Of a stretch of DNA of 64,000 nt, positions 1 to 14,600 are shown in pieces (the first letter of the stretch is position 1; each line of letters starts with the position of its first letter). A program made the translations under genes and the position numbers. Location of the stretch: positions 14,024,289-14,088,288 of the forward strand of contig CM082580.2 in the NCBI GenBank assembly GCA_040954595.2, read 5' to 3'. The notes under the pieces are model-generated. The model saw nothing but the letters and a program-made list of their open reading frames with translations. It was not told the origin of the DNA and searched no databases. This DNA is from Balanoglossus misakiensis. Its lineage: Eukaryota > Animalia > Hemichordata.

Positions 1-3000
1 GGGCATGTCTACATTGTATATGGTAATCTTCATGTGTGTATAGCATGTGTTCCTCTGCTCAATCTTCTTGTTTGATTGATTGATTGATGGATGGATTATA
101 CATGGCATGACTCTGTCAGGATCAGGTGTGGCCACCAACGGCATGGGCTGTTGTCTCCCGTCTATTCTGATTGTACTCCGAGGTCACATGTTGTTTTGTG
201 ACCGAAAATTCAAGGAATCTACAGGGAGCAGAAATGGAGGTAGTCGGACGCTGGTGCCAAATTTTACCAAATTACAGTCAGGCTTCGGAAAGTTCTGCTT
301 ACGTAACTGACAGGGCAGGGTTGGGCCGGTTGCAGTTGCCGCATTACTATTCAGTTTTAAACTTTGAGGCATCTCCTGTTGAGAGTGAAGCACGTAGGTT
401 CCAGAACGACCTCACATGGATAGGTTTGGCTAATTGCTTTCTGTAGATGCTCTAAGCATTGCCACCGAACAGTTATCACTTGCACATGGTTTCCTATTAC
501 TTTTCCCCATAGCTATCAAAATGCTGATAGCTATATTGAGACTTTAGACAGCGACAGCCGGCTAGATTTGTGCTTATATACATGAGGAGCGCTCTTAGAA
601 ATCACAAGGGTTATGAGAAAATGACTACGCTCCGGGCGAAATGATGCCACCATCCGCTATATCGCTGCTAATATCTTTTCTCCGATTGTCAAACATCTCC
701 ATAATGATTACTTTCTGTTGGCGAAATCTCAAAAGCAACGAACCACACGCGCCTATTAAATCGCAAAGTTACTGCCTGGTAACTGTAAGTCGAGCCTTTC
801 GACTCGTTGTTATACGGCCTTGTTAGATTCAATTATCTCGCGGACGGATCACTTCTCTTAGAAATGTTTTCCGCTCAGATGCCATCCCTTTTTCTCGAAA
901 GGATTCAAAACGTTGTGTTTATTCTCGTTCAGAAGTTGTTTTGATATTTCCACTGGCGTTATCTCTTAGCGAGATGGGATACTATCTTCTGAAAACAGTT
1001 GCATATTAAAATCACGTTCCACCAACAATGCACTCTCACTGATATGCCGGAGCGACAAAAATTGCAGTACCCATGTCACGTGTCTTCAATCACAAACCAA
1101 TGAACACAGCTGTGATTATCTGGTCATCTTTCGATGTACACATGGTTATCTGTATACATGATATGTGGTCATCTGCACACATGTATGACTGTCATGTTTT
1201 ATTTTGGAGGCGACCAAAGCAAAAGGGATAGTAGTTAACCTAAATAATAAAAATATGTTCCCATATATCAGGCTTTTAGGAAATATGTACTTAAAGAGGG
1301 TTCTGAGCTCAATAATTACAAGAGAATTGTTAGTTTCAAATGGGTAATTACTTGTCTTGGAATCTTAATTACTCAACACGTCATTCATCTCTAGGCGCAC
1401 ACTAAGCATTCATTTCCCTGCCATTGTTAAGGCGGTGTGCTCAATTTCTGTCACTATGGTCGATTCAAGCGCTTTCAACGATTTGAATTTGAAAAGAAAA
1501 AAAGTATATTAATTCGCCTTGACGGTAGATTGATTGCATTGCTGACACAGAGGTCAGTCAGAATGAAATGACGGTGAAAGGGAGTGTGGGATATGTCGTC
1601 AGGTGCTGAGAACACCCACTGTAAAACTGTGTTTAATAAAGGAATCCCGTGTTATTATTCTGTTGTTTTAGGACATGATTTCTGTGAGTATGCTATATTA
1701 AGTTTTTTTAAATACTAAATGTTACCTTCATGCATGCCTGGTGCACGTGTACATCTCTTTTCCAACAATCTTGTTTGGGAAGTTGCGTCCAAATATGTTG
1801 TCGTTTTATTGGCACTTTATCTTCGTTGAGCGGAGGGAGACAAGGTAGCGCTCAGGTGTTCGGCCTAATTGTAATTCATGGCCATAGCTTCATTTATTAC
1901 ATACCAAGAACGGTGATTTGCATTCTCTAGGCTCCGTTCTGTCAGTTAAAGAAGTTTCCAATTAAATATAGCCATGGGATTTACTCAATTATAAGCGACC
2001 GGAACCCCAAAACAACTTCGAAACATGCTTATACTTGCTGCATGTGATTGAACTATCGACAAAACGCGACTAATCAACGTAAACATCTCTATGTCAGTTC
2101 CGCCGTGTCAACTTTGCAACGGGGAGAAATTCACCTAAATGAGACGTTAGGGTAAATTACCCTGCCCATGAGGTAGAGTACGTAATGCATTCCAAATGTT
2201 TGCCAACGACGACTGCCAATATTACTCGCCAAAGGCATGCTGCAGGCAGCTCGAAAATTCGTCGGTTGAGCTCTTTCGGGTGGTATCAAAATTAAGGGCA
2301 AGTGATGTTTTTTTATGAAACGAGTTGACTTTAAAGGAAGGGATTATTCGCCAAGCTTTTAGAAATACCCTTTCCGACGTCATCATTTCGTGCGATCCAA
2401 TGTCAAAGTAAACCGTTTATGCAAACCGACGTTTTTTGTGGTGAGTGTGGTTACATTATGCACGCCTGGCTTAGCGGCACAGTCAAACTAGTATTGCTGC
2501 TACAGAAAATCCAATTACCAAGTCCCAATTCACGCGTGTATTCTGGTGGAAAAAAGTAGTCACCATGGTTACATATCCAGCTATGGGGAGTCAAAGAGCT
2601 ATAGATCTATACGACCTTCTCATGGACGGTACAACACGATGCAATAGATGCGCTTTCAAGGAGATTAGCGCCCAGAGACACTTAAGCACTGAACATCTGC
2701 CTCGACGCTGTCTCCATGTATCATACATGATTCTTCTAGTGTAAAATTAAACCACCCGAATGGATTGAAGCTATTAAACCGCGAAAAGCAAGTAACGTTT
2801 CTCATTGTTTACGTCCAGCAGAGCTAACTATATCAGTGGCAAAGTTTTGAAATGACGACCGCCATTATTCCCTACCCTCATTCACTCTGAACAAGCTTGC
2901 ATCTCACCGTGAGAGTGGCAATTAGCCAGTTTCATTTATATTCATTTGACAGTAACGATAGTTACTCCCATTGTTAATGGGTCATCACTTGCCCAGATAG

Positions 3001-3939
3001 ACGATGTATGTTTTGTCAATTACTGTTGGCTGGATCGTGTGTCATGTCAAGAAATAAGCAATGGATTGTAAAAGGTTTAGCGCAAGAGATGAGATAGACG
3101 TACCCTGGGAAAATTCAAATTTAGAGTAATTAGACAGTCAAACTTGTTTTAGTGGCCACCTCTATATAGTGGAAACTTGTATATTGTGGTCAGTGAGACG
3201 ATAACGTCTTGATTGAAGCATACTTCTCTGCTTTAACTAAGGACACACGACAGTAACCATAAAAAGGATAAAGTTACTCTTCCATGCCTAGATTGGCCAT
3301 GCAACCTATAGTTTACACTATCTCACGAAATCCCTTTTTATTGACCGTCTTATTCATACTAATTCACTAACACGACAATTAAAATACGTTAGCAGAATTC
3401 CTTCATGCCCTATACTCAATTGGTGTATATTTTCTTACATGTGCTTTGTGTCGACCTGTGCTGTTCCTTCTTTGGAGACAGCTATCAAGGTAGGCCTATT
3501 GTAATAATCCTGTCGGATATCGTTGAAAGGAAAATTAATTTGCAATAAATACCATCCACCAGCATAGAGTTCTTCATCTGTGGGATTAAATACTCCATGC
3601 CACAGCTGTGTTCAGACAACGTTTTTTCTGTAATGCGCTCTGGACAATCCACAGACAGCAGAATACCCATTCAAAATATATCAATCAGATGAAGAAATGA
3701 ACTTATTGCTGAGAAAATCTGCAATGCTTTGAGGAAATTAGACGAATGTACGATCTGAAACGATGATCCCGAGTATATTGTCAAAGTTTCATAATTTTAC
3801 ACTGGGATCAACATATAGAATGTTCCAAAACATAAAATATCAGTGTAGTGTCGACATAAAGTTATAAAGAACGCCCTGTCTTTTACGTAAAATAGAGATA
3901 AACATTGTAGCAATTTTATCCGTAAGTATGCACGCGCTC

Positions 3940-4106
3940 TGACGTCATCATGATCTGAGTTTGAAGGAGATGTTTCGTGTTGTATCTTCTGCTCAGTTTT
4001 CGTGGATAAAACGACAAGAATATTACCTCAGTTGGCCTAGAATTGCACATATCATAAAGGTTGAGCGCTGTAGAAACTGCAGATATCTTGGAACAGGAAG
4101 GTTAGT
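3940..4106 (+). promoter_or_regulatory. Candidate promoter/first exon of the PDFR-like gene: perfect CRE (TGACGTCA, 3940-3947) then a donor AAG|GTTAGT at 4100/4101
   Basis: Motif co-occurrence only; no transcript evidence. Confidence 0.25.
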
Positions 4107-5340
4107 GTTTTTTTATTCGAAAATCAAATATTGACCTCTGAGTTGTGTCGCTCTGTCGGTGACGGAAGCGATGTTACACTGCAGCCAAATAGAATCTAAG
4201 AAATGACAACGCGATGCTTTGGATTTCGTGTTATAATCTCTCGGGAATTTTATTGTTTTCTGAGACGAGATGACCAGCTAGACATGGCATCTCGCGATTC
4301 GTTTCAATGTTGAATTTGATATTTTGACTGTCTTTAATAGCATGTCTCAGGGAATTCGCATTCATCGGAAGCTATCTAGCTGTGATAACGCAGCTGTACC
4401 GTTGGGGTCACTGCTTTACCACAGCTAGAAGCTATCGTGAGTCGCTAAGCTGCGACTCTTCATAAACGAAAACCATAGCAAATATAACACTTCCAGACAT
4501 TTAGAAGTGTGTAAACTTTTCTGGTAGTTGTACATTTAGTGTTAGAGTCACGCAGTCAACTGTCAAAATTGAATCACACTCGCATCACGGACAACACTCC
4601 ATCACTGCACGGGTGTACGTGACCTCTATAAGTGCCTGCTCTTGATCACTATATAACTAGACGGTAAACGTTATGCAGTGGATCAAAGTTTTAAAACTGG
4701 TCGACAGTCAGGAAGTACTAGTATTCATGAACAAGAGATTTATTCGATTCTCTAGCCATACTATGATAACTTGTGTTTATTGTGTGGTGAAACTGAACAT
4801 AGACAGGCTGTGTTGCATTGTCTGGTGTTCCTCCATGTCTTGAAAGAAAATCACTTCTCAAGTGCATTGTGATTGGTCGAACTTTAGGGCGGCCATATTG
4901 GATTTTCTGAAAACTGATGAAAACTTAAAATTCCGATTTCTAGCCTAAATATTAACCGCACACAAATTCTTCTTGTGGATATGAGCCATCATATGGCCAG
5001 AACTTGTCACAAATTTTGTGGCAATTTTCACATGACTTTTGACCAAGTTTTTTAAGAACCTAATAATACGTGCATATTTGTTAGATATATGCTACTTTAC
5101 AGCAAATAGGTTGTAAATTATCTCGAATTTGCCATGTGACGCTAATAAACAGAAAATGCAGTCTATCAATAACACACGCTGATGTAACCAGTTATGATGG
5201 ATTAGTGTACTTTTCCAAGCATGTTTATATACTACCGGTGCAATGCATTATGTTGTCTCATAAACTGGCGGTTGATAAGGTCGCTATCATCTCAAACGTG
5301 TTCAGTTGATGATGCATAGCTGTACTTCATGCAACCTGTC

Positions 5341-5366
5341 GGGGGGGGGGGGGGGGGGGAGGGGGT
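5341..5366. repeat. Poly-G tract
   Basis: G19-A-G6. Confidence 0.9.
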
Positions 5367-8300
5367 GTCTGGGAGTGTTGACCTTTGCCGAAGATTCACG
5401 TCATTATCTGTAAATTACAACTACGGCAATTTTACATGTCTGAATCATCGAGGTATTAAATTGGTTGGATGTTTCTGTGCGTGATTAGGGTTCCTTTAAC
5501 GACCCCATTTTGTACAATTTGTCTGCATGGCAGGACACGTCTTAAATCACCAACGGTGTCGTTGCATCGAGTCTTGGGCGGGATGACAGTCACACAAATC
5601 TGACAAGCAAATTTGTGACCCATGTTTTCCTTCGCTATTCGGGCACTTTTAATATAAACGCAATTTGGAAACCTTAACATGACTAAGGCTCATGTGTCTA
5701 TCTTTATGAAGGGGAATATAATATGAAGAAGACAAGGTTGCAGCAGTATGTACGTGGAATATTGAAACTTTCGGGTGCGAAAGGGACTTAGGCAATTGGA
5801 CTCTTCAGGTGGGAGTGAGTGTTGTATAAAGTTTGGAGTAATGACACCTTGGTGATAGAACGGCAGTCATTGAAAACATGGCAGTTGTTTTGGGCACAGG
5901 AATGAAAAATTGACATTATCCATGAAGGACGCCTAACCTGAATAAACTAAAACTAATGGAAAGACCATTATTATAAGTGTCATAATATGACCTTTATAAA
6001 CAAGTATCATCCTTTCCCCCCATTGTGTGTAATAGTGAAATTTTTAGTGAGTTGGAGGTAAAACGACAAAAAGCTGCATGTGTCCAGTATGGTCGGCAGC
6101 ACCCAATGTTGTAACTCTCCTTTTATAGCAATTAAGATTGATGCGAAGACACTGTTCCCATGTAGCTCTCTATTCGGAGTCAATCGTTCAGAGCTTTTTA
6201 GTCAAGGGAATGCCCGCTGGATGGAAGGCCGCTACAATTGTGACGTATAATACCGAAAGTGGCGTGATCGTTCTAAAATGCACCATAGTGTGGTATACAT
6301 GTACTATATGAAATGGCGGCATTTATACATACATGTATAGGCACATTGTTGGCAAACCTTGAATGCTTGTGAAACTCCCGGCTATCAATTGGTACCTTAT
6401 AAGTGCAGTAACATTGACCTATTAATTTGCAACAACATGGCATATTTTAAGATGCTTCATCTACATATGCTTTGGTTTGCAGATATTTAAGTCTGTATTG
6501 AGTGATATTTTAGAGAACAAACCATTTTATTTGTGTGATTATGGGCCCACCCGCAGCCTTTAGTTATATGTGTGGTTCAACCGTTCGCGTGTACGATCGT
6601 ATGACGTCCAATCAATGTTTTTTTTTAGCAAACAATGCAAGCGTTGTTTAATATGTTGGATTGATGTGCAGAGAAGTAAAAGTTGGCGATAACATATCAT
6701 CCCAACAACATTGTGAGATTTTGTTTTTATGGTTCCCCTAGAAGTAGATATTATCACGTGATGAAGTTCCATCAACGTGCACGTGAAATATGCTCCTAAA
6801 TACATGCCATGGTTTACTGCATAACATAAAAAAATCATGACAATATAAAATGGCGTTGGATGTTGCCACTGCCGTAAAACTCAACTGTTTTCCCGGCTTG
6901 TGATTGCTTGCTTCTTTCTGAGAGCAAACAAACCATTTCTTGTTTCCGTCCGCCAATAACAAATTGGCTTTCGAAAATCCTGCTGGATTAACCCAGAAAG
7001 GCCGAAAGCAACTTCCAGGGATACAATTCGTGTAAAGTGCACCGAGATGTTATCCGCTGAAATTGTGCACTTTTCTAGAGAAACCAAGTCGGATCAGTGA
7101 TGATCGTTCGAGGGCATGTTACTCCTACCTGGGCAACACCAGGGGTGAATAATCTGCTATGTTTTTGTAGATTTTTTAGCATGACAGGAAAATGATACTT
7201 TAAATGCAAAATGACTGGCGTGTACGGTACGTGTTTCTCAGCCACTACGGTCGTGATAATCTATAAACTACCGGATATAACCGGTAAACTCCACGATGAT
7301 ATAAATGAAGGGTACCGATCAATATCATTTGATTGACAAGATGCGCATCCCTTTTGTCCACGTTACTATGAACACGTCAAAGCCAGCCTTTTATAACATG
7401 TAAATTAGATTAATCGGAGCTACATCCTACACCGATTTCTGGTTTGACCTTTGACACAAGCTGTAACATGAATGTTAAATGACACCTTTATGGAGGATTA
7501 AACTTGGGTGTTTTATTTCCAATTTCATTTCATCTCATTAATATTCCGCAGATTGATATTTTGCATATGTAAACCAAAACAGTACTTGATTTACAACTGA
7601 TTTACTCTTTAAAGTTAATTATAAATGTATCGGGATATTTTGAAAACAACAACATGCATATTATACCGGTATGTTTTTCCCTTGTCACTCGATTGAAATA
7701 TGTTTGTTTTATACAGATACAGTTAACCTACAGGCAAATTATATGAGCGTAGTACAATTTAATCTCATCTTGAAATGCGTCCCCATTAAAATGTAATGTG
7801 ATGGTAAAATTGGTTGTGTAACTGAACAGGGTCAGGTTACCCTATATATAAGGGTTCTAAGAAAATCTATGCATTTGTTCGTGGGACAGCATGAAGCGCT
7901 TTTACGTCTATAACCTCAGCCTAACTTGACCGAATAGACCAGCTGTCCCGATAGCATGCATATTTAATGGTCACATTGTTTTGAACTTGTGGGCCTTAAT
8001 TGAATAAGTAAAATGCTGTCTTCTTGTGACACTTAATCAATACTTTATCTGAAAATTGAGGTCTTTGCATTTACACATTAACTGTGGAAATATCACCTCT
8101 GTTGACCGTGCTTGTCCCTTGAGCGATCGTTAAATCTTTAAACAGATGAGAAAGTGGTGAGGGTAAAGGGTTTTTACACCGCATTCCCAGGGACATGAAA
8201 AATCTTCATCATTCTAAAAATCCGTACAGAACGCCACCTGAAAAGGCCAGTCATTTATAAAGCTATTAAGAGCTGTGGTGAATCAGAGACACTGTTGATG

Positions 8301-8620
8301 AGTTACTCTACAAGTACGCACAATCGTCATCACTCCGTTAAGGTTGGGTACCCGGGGAAATCCTGTAATAAGTCCACTACAACACCCGCAATCTGAAATC
8401 TGTCACCTTCACGCAATAAACGGATTATGTTGATACTGCATTAAACTTGATCATTGTGAGACAGTAATTGCACTATTTGAAAAGGCCAGGTCTTTATCCA
8501 GGGACACAAAATGCATGTTCGAAAACAGCACGCATCAAATCCATATCCTAGAGGATTGTTGAAGAAAGAGGTCAAACAAGCCGCTAGAGGATTTCTGTGT
8601 CAGTAAAACCTCTATAATAC

Positions 8621-8675
8621 TAGTGTAGTGTAGTGTAGTGTAGTGTAGTGTAGTGTAGTGTAGTGTAGTGTAGTG
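8621..8675. repeat. (TAGTG)11 microsatellite
   Basis: Direct reading; followed by a degenerate TCTAA-type tract at ~8718-8750. Confidence 0.95.
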
Positions 8676-11576
8676 CTAGTGTAGTCAGTGTACTGTAATC
8701 AAATTATACTCAATTTTAATCTAATCTTATCTAATCTAATTATAATCTAATGTGTATGGTCTCATTCAAACACACCAGAGAACATGTCTTTGCAATGAAC
8801 TGTATCACACACACACATTTACGATTTGGATGATAAAAGAGGATAACCCTCCTGCGGAGGAGTGTAACAGGAGCTGCGTATGTGGCAATTAATCCAAACT
8901 GGCAAAAGCGCGCGACATCTGTGGGTGTCGAGTTTTATGTCAGGTACAGCACATCATATCCGCAGATAATGACCAGCGGTAGACAACAAGACGACTTTTC
9001 GCAGTGCGTGTCAGGCATCATAAAATATTACGAGTCAGTGACAAGATGATGTTGGCTGTCTTTGTCACTGCACAGCTGTAAGTCCGCGCGATGAAAATGA
9101 CTTGCGCTATTGACCATCTTTAGGTTTGTACGTTGACACATCAAATGTTAGTGTCGTTAACGAAAGAGGTAATTAACTCATAAATGGTCGTTAGAGATAG
9201 GATTAGGTTAATGAAAAGTCTGGTCTGACTTTTTATGCAGTGCTTGGATTGTATTGTACCGGGTAGTTCTATACTTGGAGGTTAAAGCGCTGGCCATCTT
9301 CACCGTATATTGAGGACTTGTTATCATTCATTCTCAAGTCTTGTCGTCCATTCATGAAACTTGATTAAAGTTTACCTATTTGATTTAAACTACAAATGTG
9401 CTTCAACTTCTTTCCTATCACAGTCAACAGACGCGCTAAGTGAAATCACGGATGGGAACTTCTCACATCCACGTGTTGTTGCGACGTGAACCGTTTTTAT
9501 TTTCTCCTAGATGCAAATCACTGCGCTTTGTGCACCCATACATGTATCTGTCAACGTGTTTCTGTTATCTGACTATTTAATGATGAACCTTGTGTTCTTC
9601 AAAGAATATCTCCCAACCGTCCACCTTGACATTGTGGCACGAAAAGTAATGTGTGTATACCTGCAAGCATTTCCGTTTATCTGAAGGGAGACGGCAAATT
9701 TGAGATTTGAGATTATTTTTAAATTACCGTCATGATCAATCCATTGTGTATACATCATTTTTACTGAGAACTGTTCCTCAGATTGAGGCTGATGTCTTTC
9801 TTAGAATTATGTATGACCTGGTGCCACTTAGGAGTAATGAAATCATCAAAAATGATCAAACTAAAATTTACATGTCGTGTATTTCGCCAGATAATGCATT
9901 TATAATTCGAAGGATTCTCCCGGTACCAGTATGTCATTTGTGCCCAATGACGTCACATCCATGGCAACCACATGCAAATAGGTGATATCAACACTGATGT
10001 TTGTATTGAATGTCGGTGTCTCCACTTGCGGGGAAACGGTTTTCTCCGCTTTGCTTATCAAAGGTCAAATTAGTAATCATTGGTGGTGATTTCAAAGAAC
10101 GATACTATCGCATGATGTGCTTTCTATTCTAAATGCTTACATTGAGGAATTATTCCAGGTCACAATATTCCAGCTGCACATGCATATCTGACTCAGAAAC
10201 TAATGTTGCATCAAAACTTAGATTGTGAATGTGCGCATGTTAATCGACAGGTAGCCAAAAAAACACATAATGCATTCATGAATACAAACGGTCCGCGGTA
10301 ATGATCCGTCTCGGCATTTAGCCATTCTAAACGGATGGTTTGGTCACATTAAGCTATAATGTTAGTCGTTGGCATCACATACAGTCCATCTGTTGCAATC
10401 AATCGATGATTGCAATAATAGCTACTTTGCTGTTTACCGAAGAGGCGTTGCAATTAAGTAGCAACCAGCAACACTAAAGTCTGCTGCCGGTCGAATATAA
10501 AACAATCATTGGACTAAGATCAACATGAAAAATAACATTCCCCTGTACCGTACCGGTCTTGTAAAAAGTAAGCCAATAATGTTTTGAATTAATGAATGAA
10601 TGATTGATACATTGATTGATTGATTGATTGACTGAGTAGTTTCGGAATTCATCGAATAATGAGAAGTGTTACGTCAACATCATTTGAATTATAAAGGCTA
10701 TGGAACTTTGACAAGTTTTGGAACATGAGAATCATCATGCAAAATTATGGCGGGCAAAATTCTCTTGAAAGACGAGAACTACTATGGCACGCTGAGCAAA
10801 ATTTACAAGGCTGGAGAAACACAATGGTGGTGATAAATCACACGTAATTCAGGAGCCTGGTGGCACCTGATCCGAGTATCAATCAATTGTGGTCACTGCA
10901 CATAAAAGTATGAACATCTGCGTTTACATGTCGGATGTAATATTTACCGATTTTACTTGTCGAGAATTTTGGCGAGGCAAAAAATAAATTGTGTCTGTTA
11001 TTTCACTACACCTGGTTTTGTTTTCTTGCTTATTTTGTTTTAGTTTGCTCATGGCAATTATAAATACAGGTTGCAATTTCGAAGTGACAGCGATGTAAGT
11101 ACACATATCTTTTATGGTAAACACACGAGGATGTGAAATTACAATGAACATTCGCGAACCTATTATTTTGTGTCGTACTAGCTGGACTCATGTGCGCATG
11201 CGTACTGATGTCCAATAACAAGAAGTGCAAACCTGGAAAATCGAGTGTTGCTGTAACTGTGACGGTATTGTCGACGAGTTTCACCAATGGGGAATACGTA
11301 CATGTATACAAGGAACTAGACTTCGCGTACACGCTGCATTTCGTCCTCTCTTGGATTCGCACTGGTACAGCACTCTGATTGAATTGAAACGAGATTTAAA
11401 TAGTGACCAAATGTTAGAATGTTTATTTCTGGGTCAGAAGAGACGACAATTATTGGCAAATGCCATGCAGCCTGAAATGTTTAGATATATGACCATAAGC
11501 ACTGCTAAATCGAAGTTGTTTGCAAACCTGGTCCGTGAAATCACTAACATTGATTCTCTCTGTCGTTTACCAACAG

Positions 11577-11698
11577 GGAGTGCAGCTTATTCTCGCCACT
11601 GATCCTGAACGTCCGTCAGAGGTAGACAATGACAGCGGTGATAACCAGCAAAGATGCCTGCCTTCAGCAGTTCGACCAGTTCAATGAAACCACTAACG
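11577..11698 (+). CDS. PDFR-like exon with the N-terminal ectodomain helix and first Cys (MTAVITSKDACLQQFDQFNETTNG)
   Basis: Branch point CACTAAC at 11542-11548, pyrimidine tract, acceptor CAACAG|11577, donor G|GTAAGT at 11698/11699. Its phase 1 matches the next exon (G+GC = Gly, then SYCPRTW). It supplies the otherwise missing first ectodomain Cys and an N-glycosylation sequon (NET). Confidence 0.7.
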
Positions 11699-14600
11699 GT
11701 AAGTATGCTTTCCATATCTGCCTACAGCAAGCCATTTTCACGTCCCATCTGAGTGAAAGTCATCGCAAAGCCAAACATTTAGTTTACATGGCTACATGTA
11801 TTATGCTGCGGCCATGACCTTCATGAATTTAGAATGCAAAAGAAACCCGCTGGTGATCATTCCTTATAAAAATCGCTGTGTATCTCATGTCGCCCATAAT
11901 AATTGAAAACGGGTCGATACGATCACTCGACCGATCGTTTTGCCTGCTGTCTACTTCTACATGCATGCAAGCACTGTAATTTCAGCTGAAAGTCAGGTTA
12001 ACACTTTCAGTCGAGTACAAACAGATGAAAGGCACATACTCTCCCAGATTCTTGCAAGCGCTTTGTCGACTTTCGAGCCACAAATTCCAAATGTTGCAAA
12101 GTAAACCTTCATATTTTAAATCTATGCTAAAGATGATGAACTTGATTTCATTTTCATTGCTGAAAATAAGATTCTTGGATGTAGTCGGATAATGTTGGCC
12201 CCCTGTGTGCGCAATCTGGAGAAAGGGGGTTCCTTCTAGATACTCTTACATCACTGGCAAACAACGTCGATAGGCACTTATCACCTGTGATAATGCCAAC
12301 TTGTTTCTTGCAGTAGTTGTCAGATGAAACCCAACATGTACGGCGTTGTCGATCGAACAAAAATCAGACACCATGCATACTACCGGTACACGTGACTAGA
12401 CAATTTCAAGCAGGGATAAGAAGTCTGATTCTTTTGCAGTGACGGAAAGAGATTATCGTGCTGTGTTCGGTTTATAATTACAATAACGACATGAAACAGT
12501 GTTCCTCAGTGTCTGTCCGCTTTACCGTGACGTAACACGAAACTTTGGCCATAGGCGATCCCGTGTTGGTGGTTTCGTGTTCATGTGATTAAAGAATGAA
12601 GCAACGACACTGAATGCGACATCCCCGGGCAGTCTCCTGCTCCTTCTATACACAACGATTTGATTCGACTTTGATGAGTCAACTCAAATATAATTGATTA
12701 CCAGCATGAGATGCACGACCCTTTCTCTGGGTTACACTGCTGCGATGTTGAGCTTCGGAAAATTCTCTTACAATCAAATTGCCTTCTTCACACGTGACTA
12801 GCGTGCATATACGTACATGTTTTTCTCCTCGCCTGACACTACTTTTAATGTTAGTAGAGCAATATCGATGAATTCTCATTTGAATGAAACATACAAATTT
12901 ATATCGAAAGTCGTTCAAGAAGAATCGATACATTTCAACTTTGACCCCCGAGTTGTAAGCCTTTACGTTTTTCGTCACATGTTTTCTCAGAGAGTTGAAG
13001 TAATTTGATATGATGTCTAACCCATAACCGTATATAATTCTCTCTTTTACGTGTGTCTTGTTTGCATCTACCTCGCTCGTTCAAGACATGTTAGAGACTA
13101 GCACTATTGAGACATATGAGTTCTGACATAATATGTCGGGGAAATGTCCAGCAAATATGGTAATAGAATTTGCAGTCGTTCCCTAAGGGCTCTTGCTCGC
13201 AACGTTCAGCGATTAATTCCATTCATTGATGCAATTCAAATCCAGTTTAGCGCTGTACCCGCTAATATTTCAATCTGGTTCTTTTATCGACCAAGTGGCA
13301 GACTCGTACTCGTATCTTCACAGAATTGTCTTTCTAGGAAGGAGATAGAGCGATTTTGACATTCAAATAACCAGGAGACATGCACACATAGTACTTTCAA
13401 CCTTTCAACACATGTGGTATTTCGCAAAAAGGACAAATCAGTACTCCAGTTGAGTTCTTGTGATATACATTACCACTTTTATTTAATTAGGTTATTATAA
13501 AAAATTGTAGACATGGTCTGTAAACTTTGAGCCACATGTAGGGAAATGCCCACCAAGCACGCTTTTATTCATACAGTCGTTATTACAACTCACACACACT
13601 ATACTGCCAGATTATGGGCATTATTGGCTCTCCTGGAGGGTCAACGTTGAGAGACATGGGAATTAATAGCCGCCCATTATCACTGTCTTCATGCCGGCCA
13701 ACCCCATCCATCATCCTTAATGTGTAGATCTACTTTGTGCTATAACCAAAGAATAATGCACGTACGGAAATGTATAGCGTAGACGCATGGGTTCGTATAA
13801 GTCATAATAGATTTAAAAGGGACTCCTAAATCATGATGGATTTAACGATGAACAGCCTATCTGATCAAGTCAGATGGAGCAGGTGTCTGGGCAGGAGTGT
13901 ACACCACCTGTACAGGTTCATTTTGCGGATGATATGGACAACACAGCAGTGGTTCTCATAGACATCGAGCAATGGCCACTTCACCTGTATAGAAACAATC
14001 ATGTTAGAGATGTTTGATTGACGATATCTCATATAAGACAGCAGCATGTTAATGATTTTGAACCTGCCATAATCATCGATCAATATTGAGAATATTGAGC
14101 GAACAAAACACATATTCCGCCAGCTATGTGACCATCAATTCTTCTTTATAATAATATTAAAATTAATAAATAAACACAATTTTCCCCTTCGTCCAGCAGA
14201 TATTCAGTGCCTTATGAGTCAGCTGGGCGTATTCTTCAGTTTGTCTCTACTGTTCAATTCCAGTATGGTTAATTTGTGGAAAATTGTGGATTAATTCATT
14301 TGTGTGGAAAATTCTCCATGTAACTTTATATGCATGTGAGCCTTTGAAGTTCGATTTTTTTCCTCTCTCGTTTCATGCTTCGATCTCTCCCACATATTTC
14401 TGTATTCTTGTATCATTTTACATGTGGTTTTAATATACGGTTGCATTTGTGCAAACATTGCGTGAAAAACCCGATCCTAGAGTTTTAATGTGATGATCTG
14501 AGTAGTGGAGATTCACTCGTAACGTAGATGGTTGAGTAGATTTTGCTTTATAGAACTTGGAGAATTTACGCAGCGTGTCTGTAGAATATTATGACAAGAG

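Noticed and set aside
143-182. MGCCLPSILIVLR as the signal-peptide exon of the PDFR-like gene
   Set aside because: The only nearby GT gives phase 1, which joined to 11577 hits TGA at 11600-11602; the donor (GTCACA) is weak.
13830-14110. Coding-looking stretch in the large intron (possible decayed gene or transposon fragment)
   Set aside because: Several stops in the best frame and no family motif I can recognise; needs TBLASTX.
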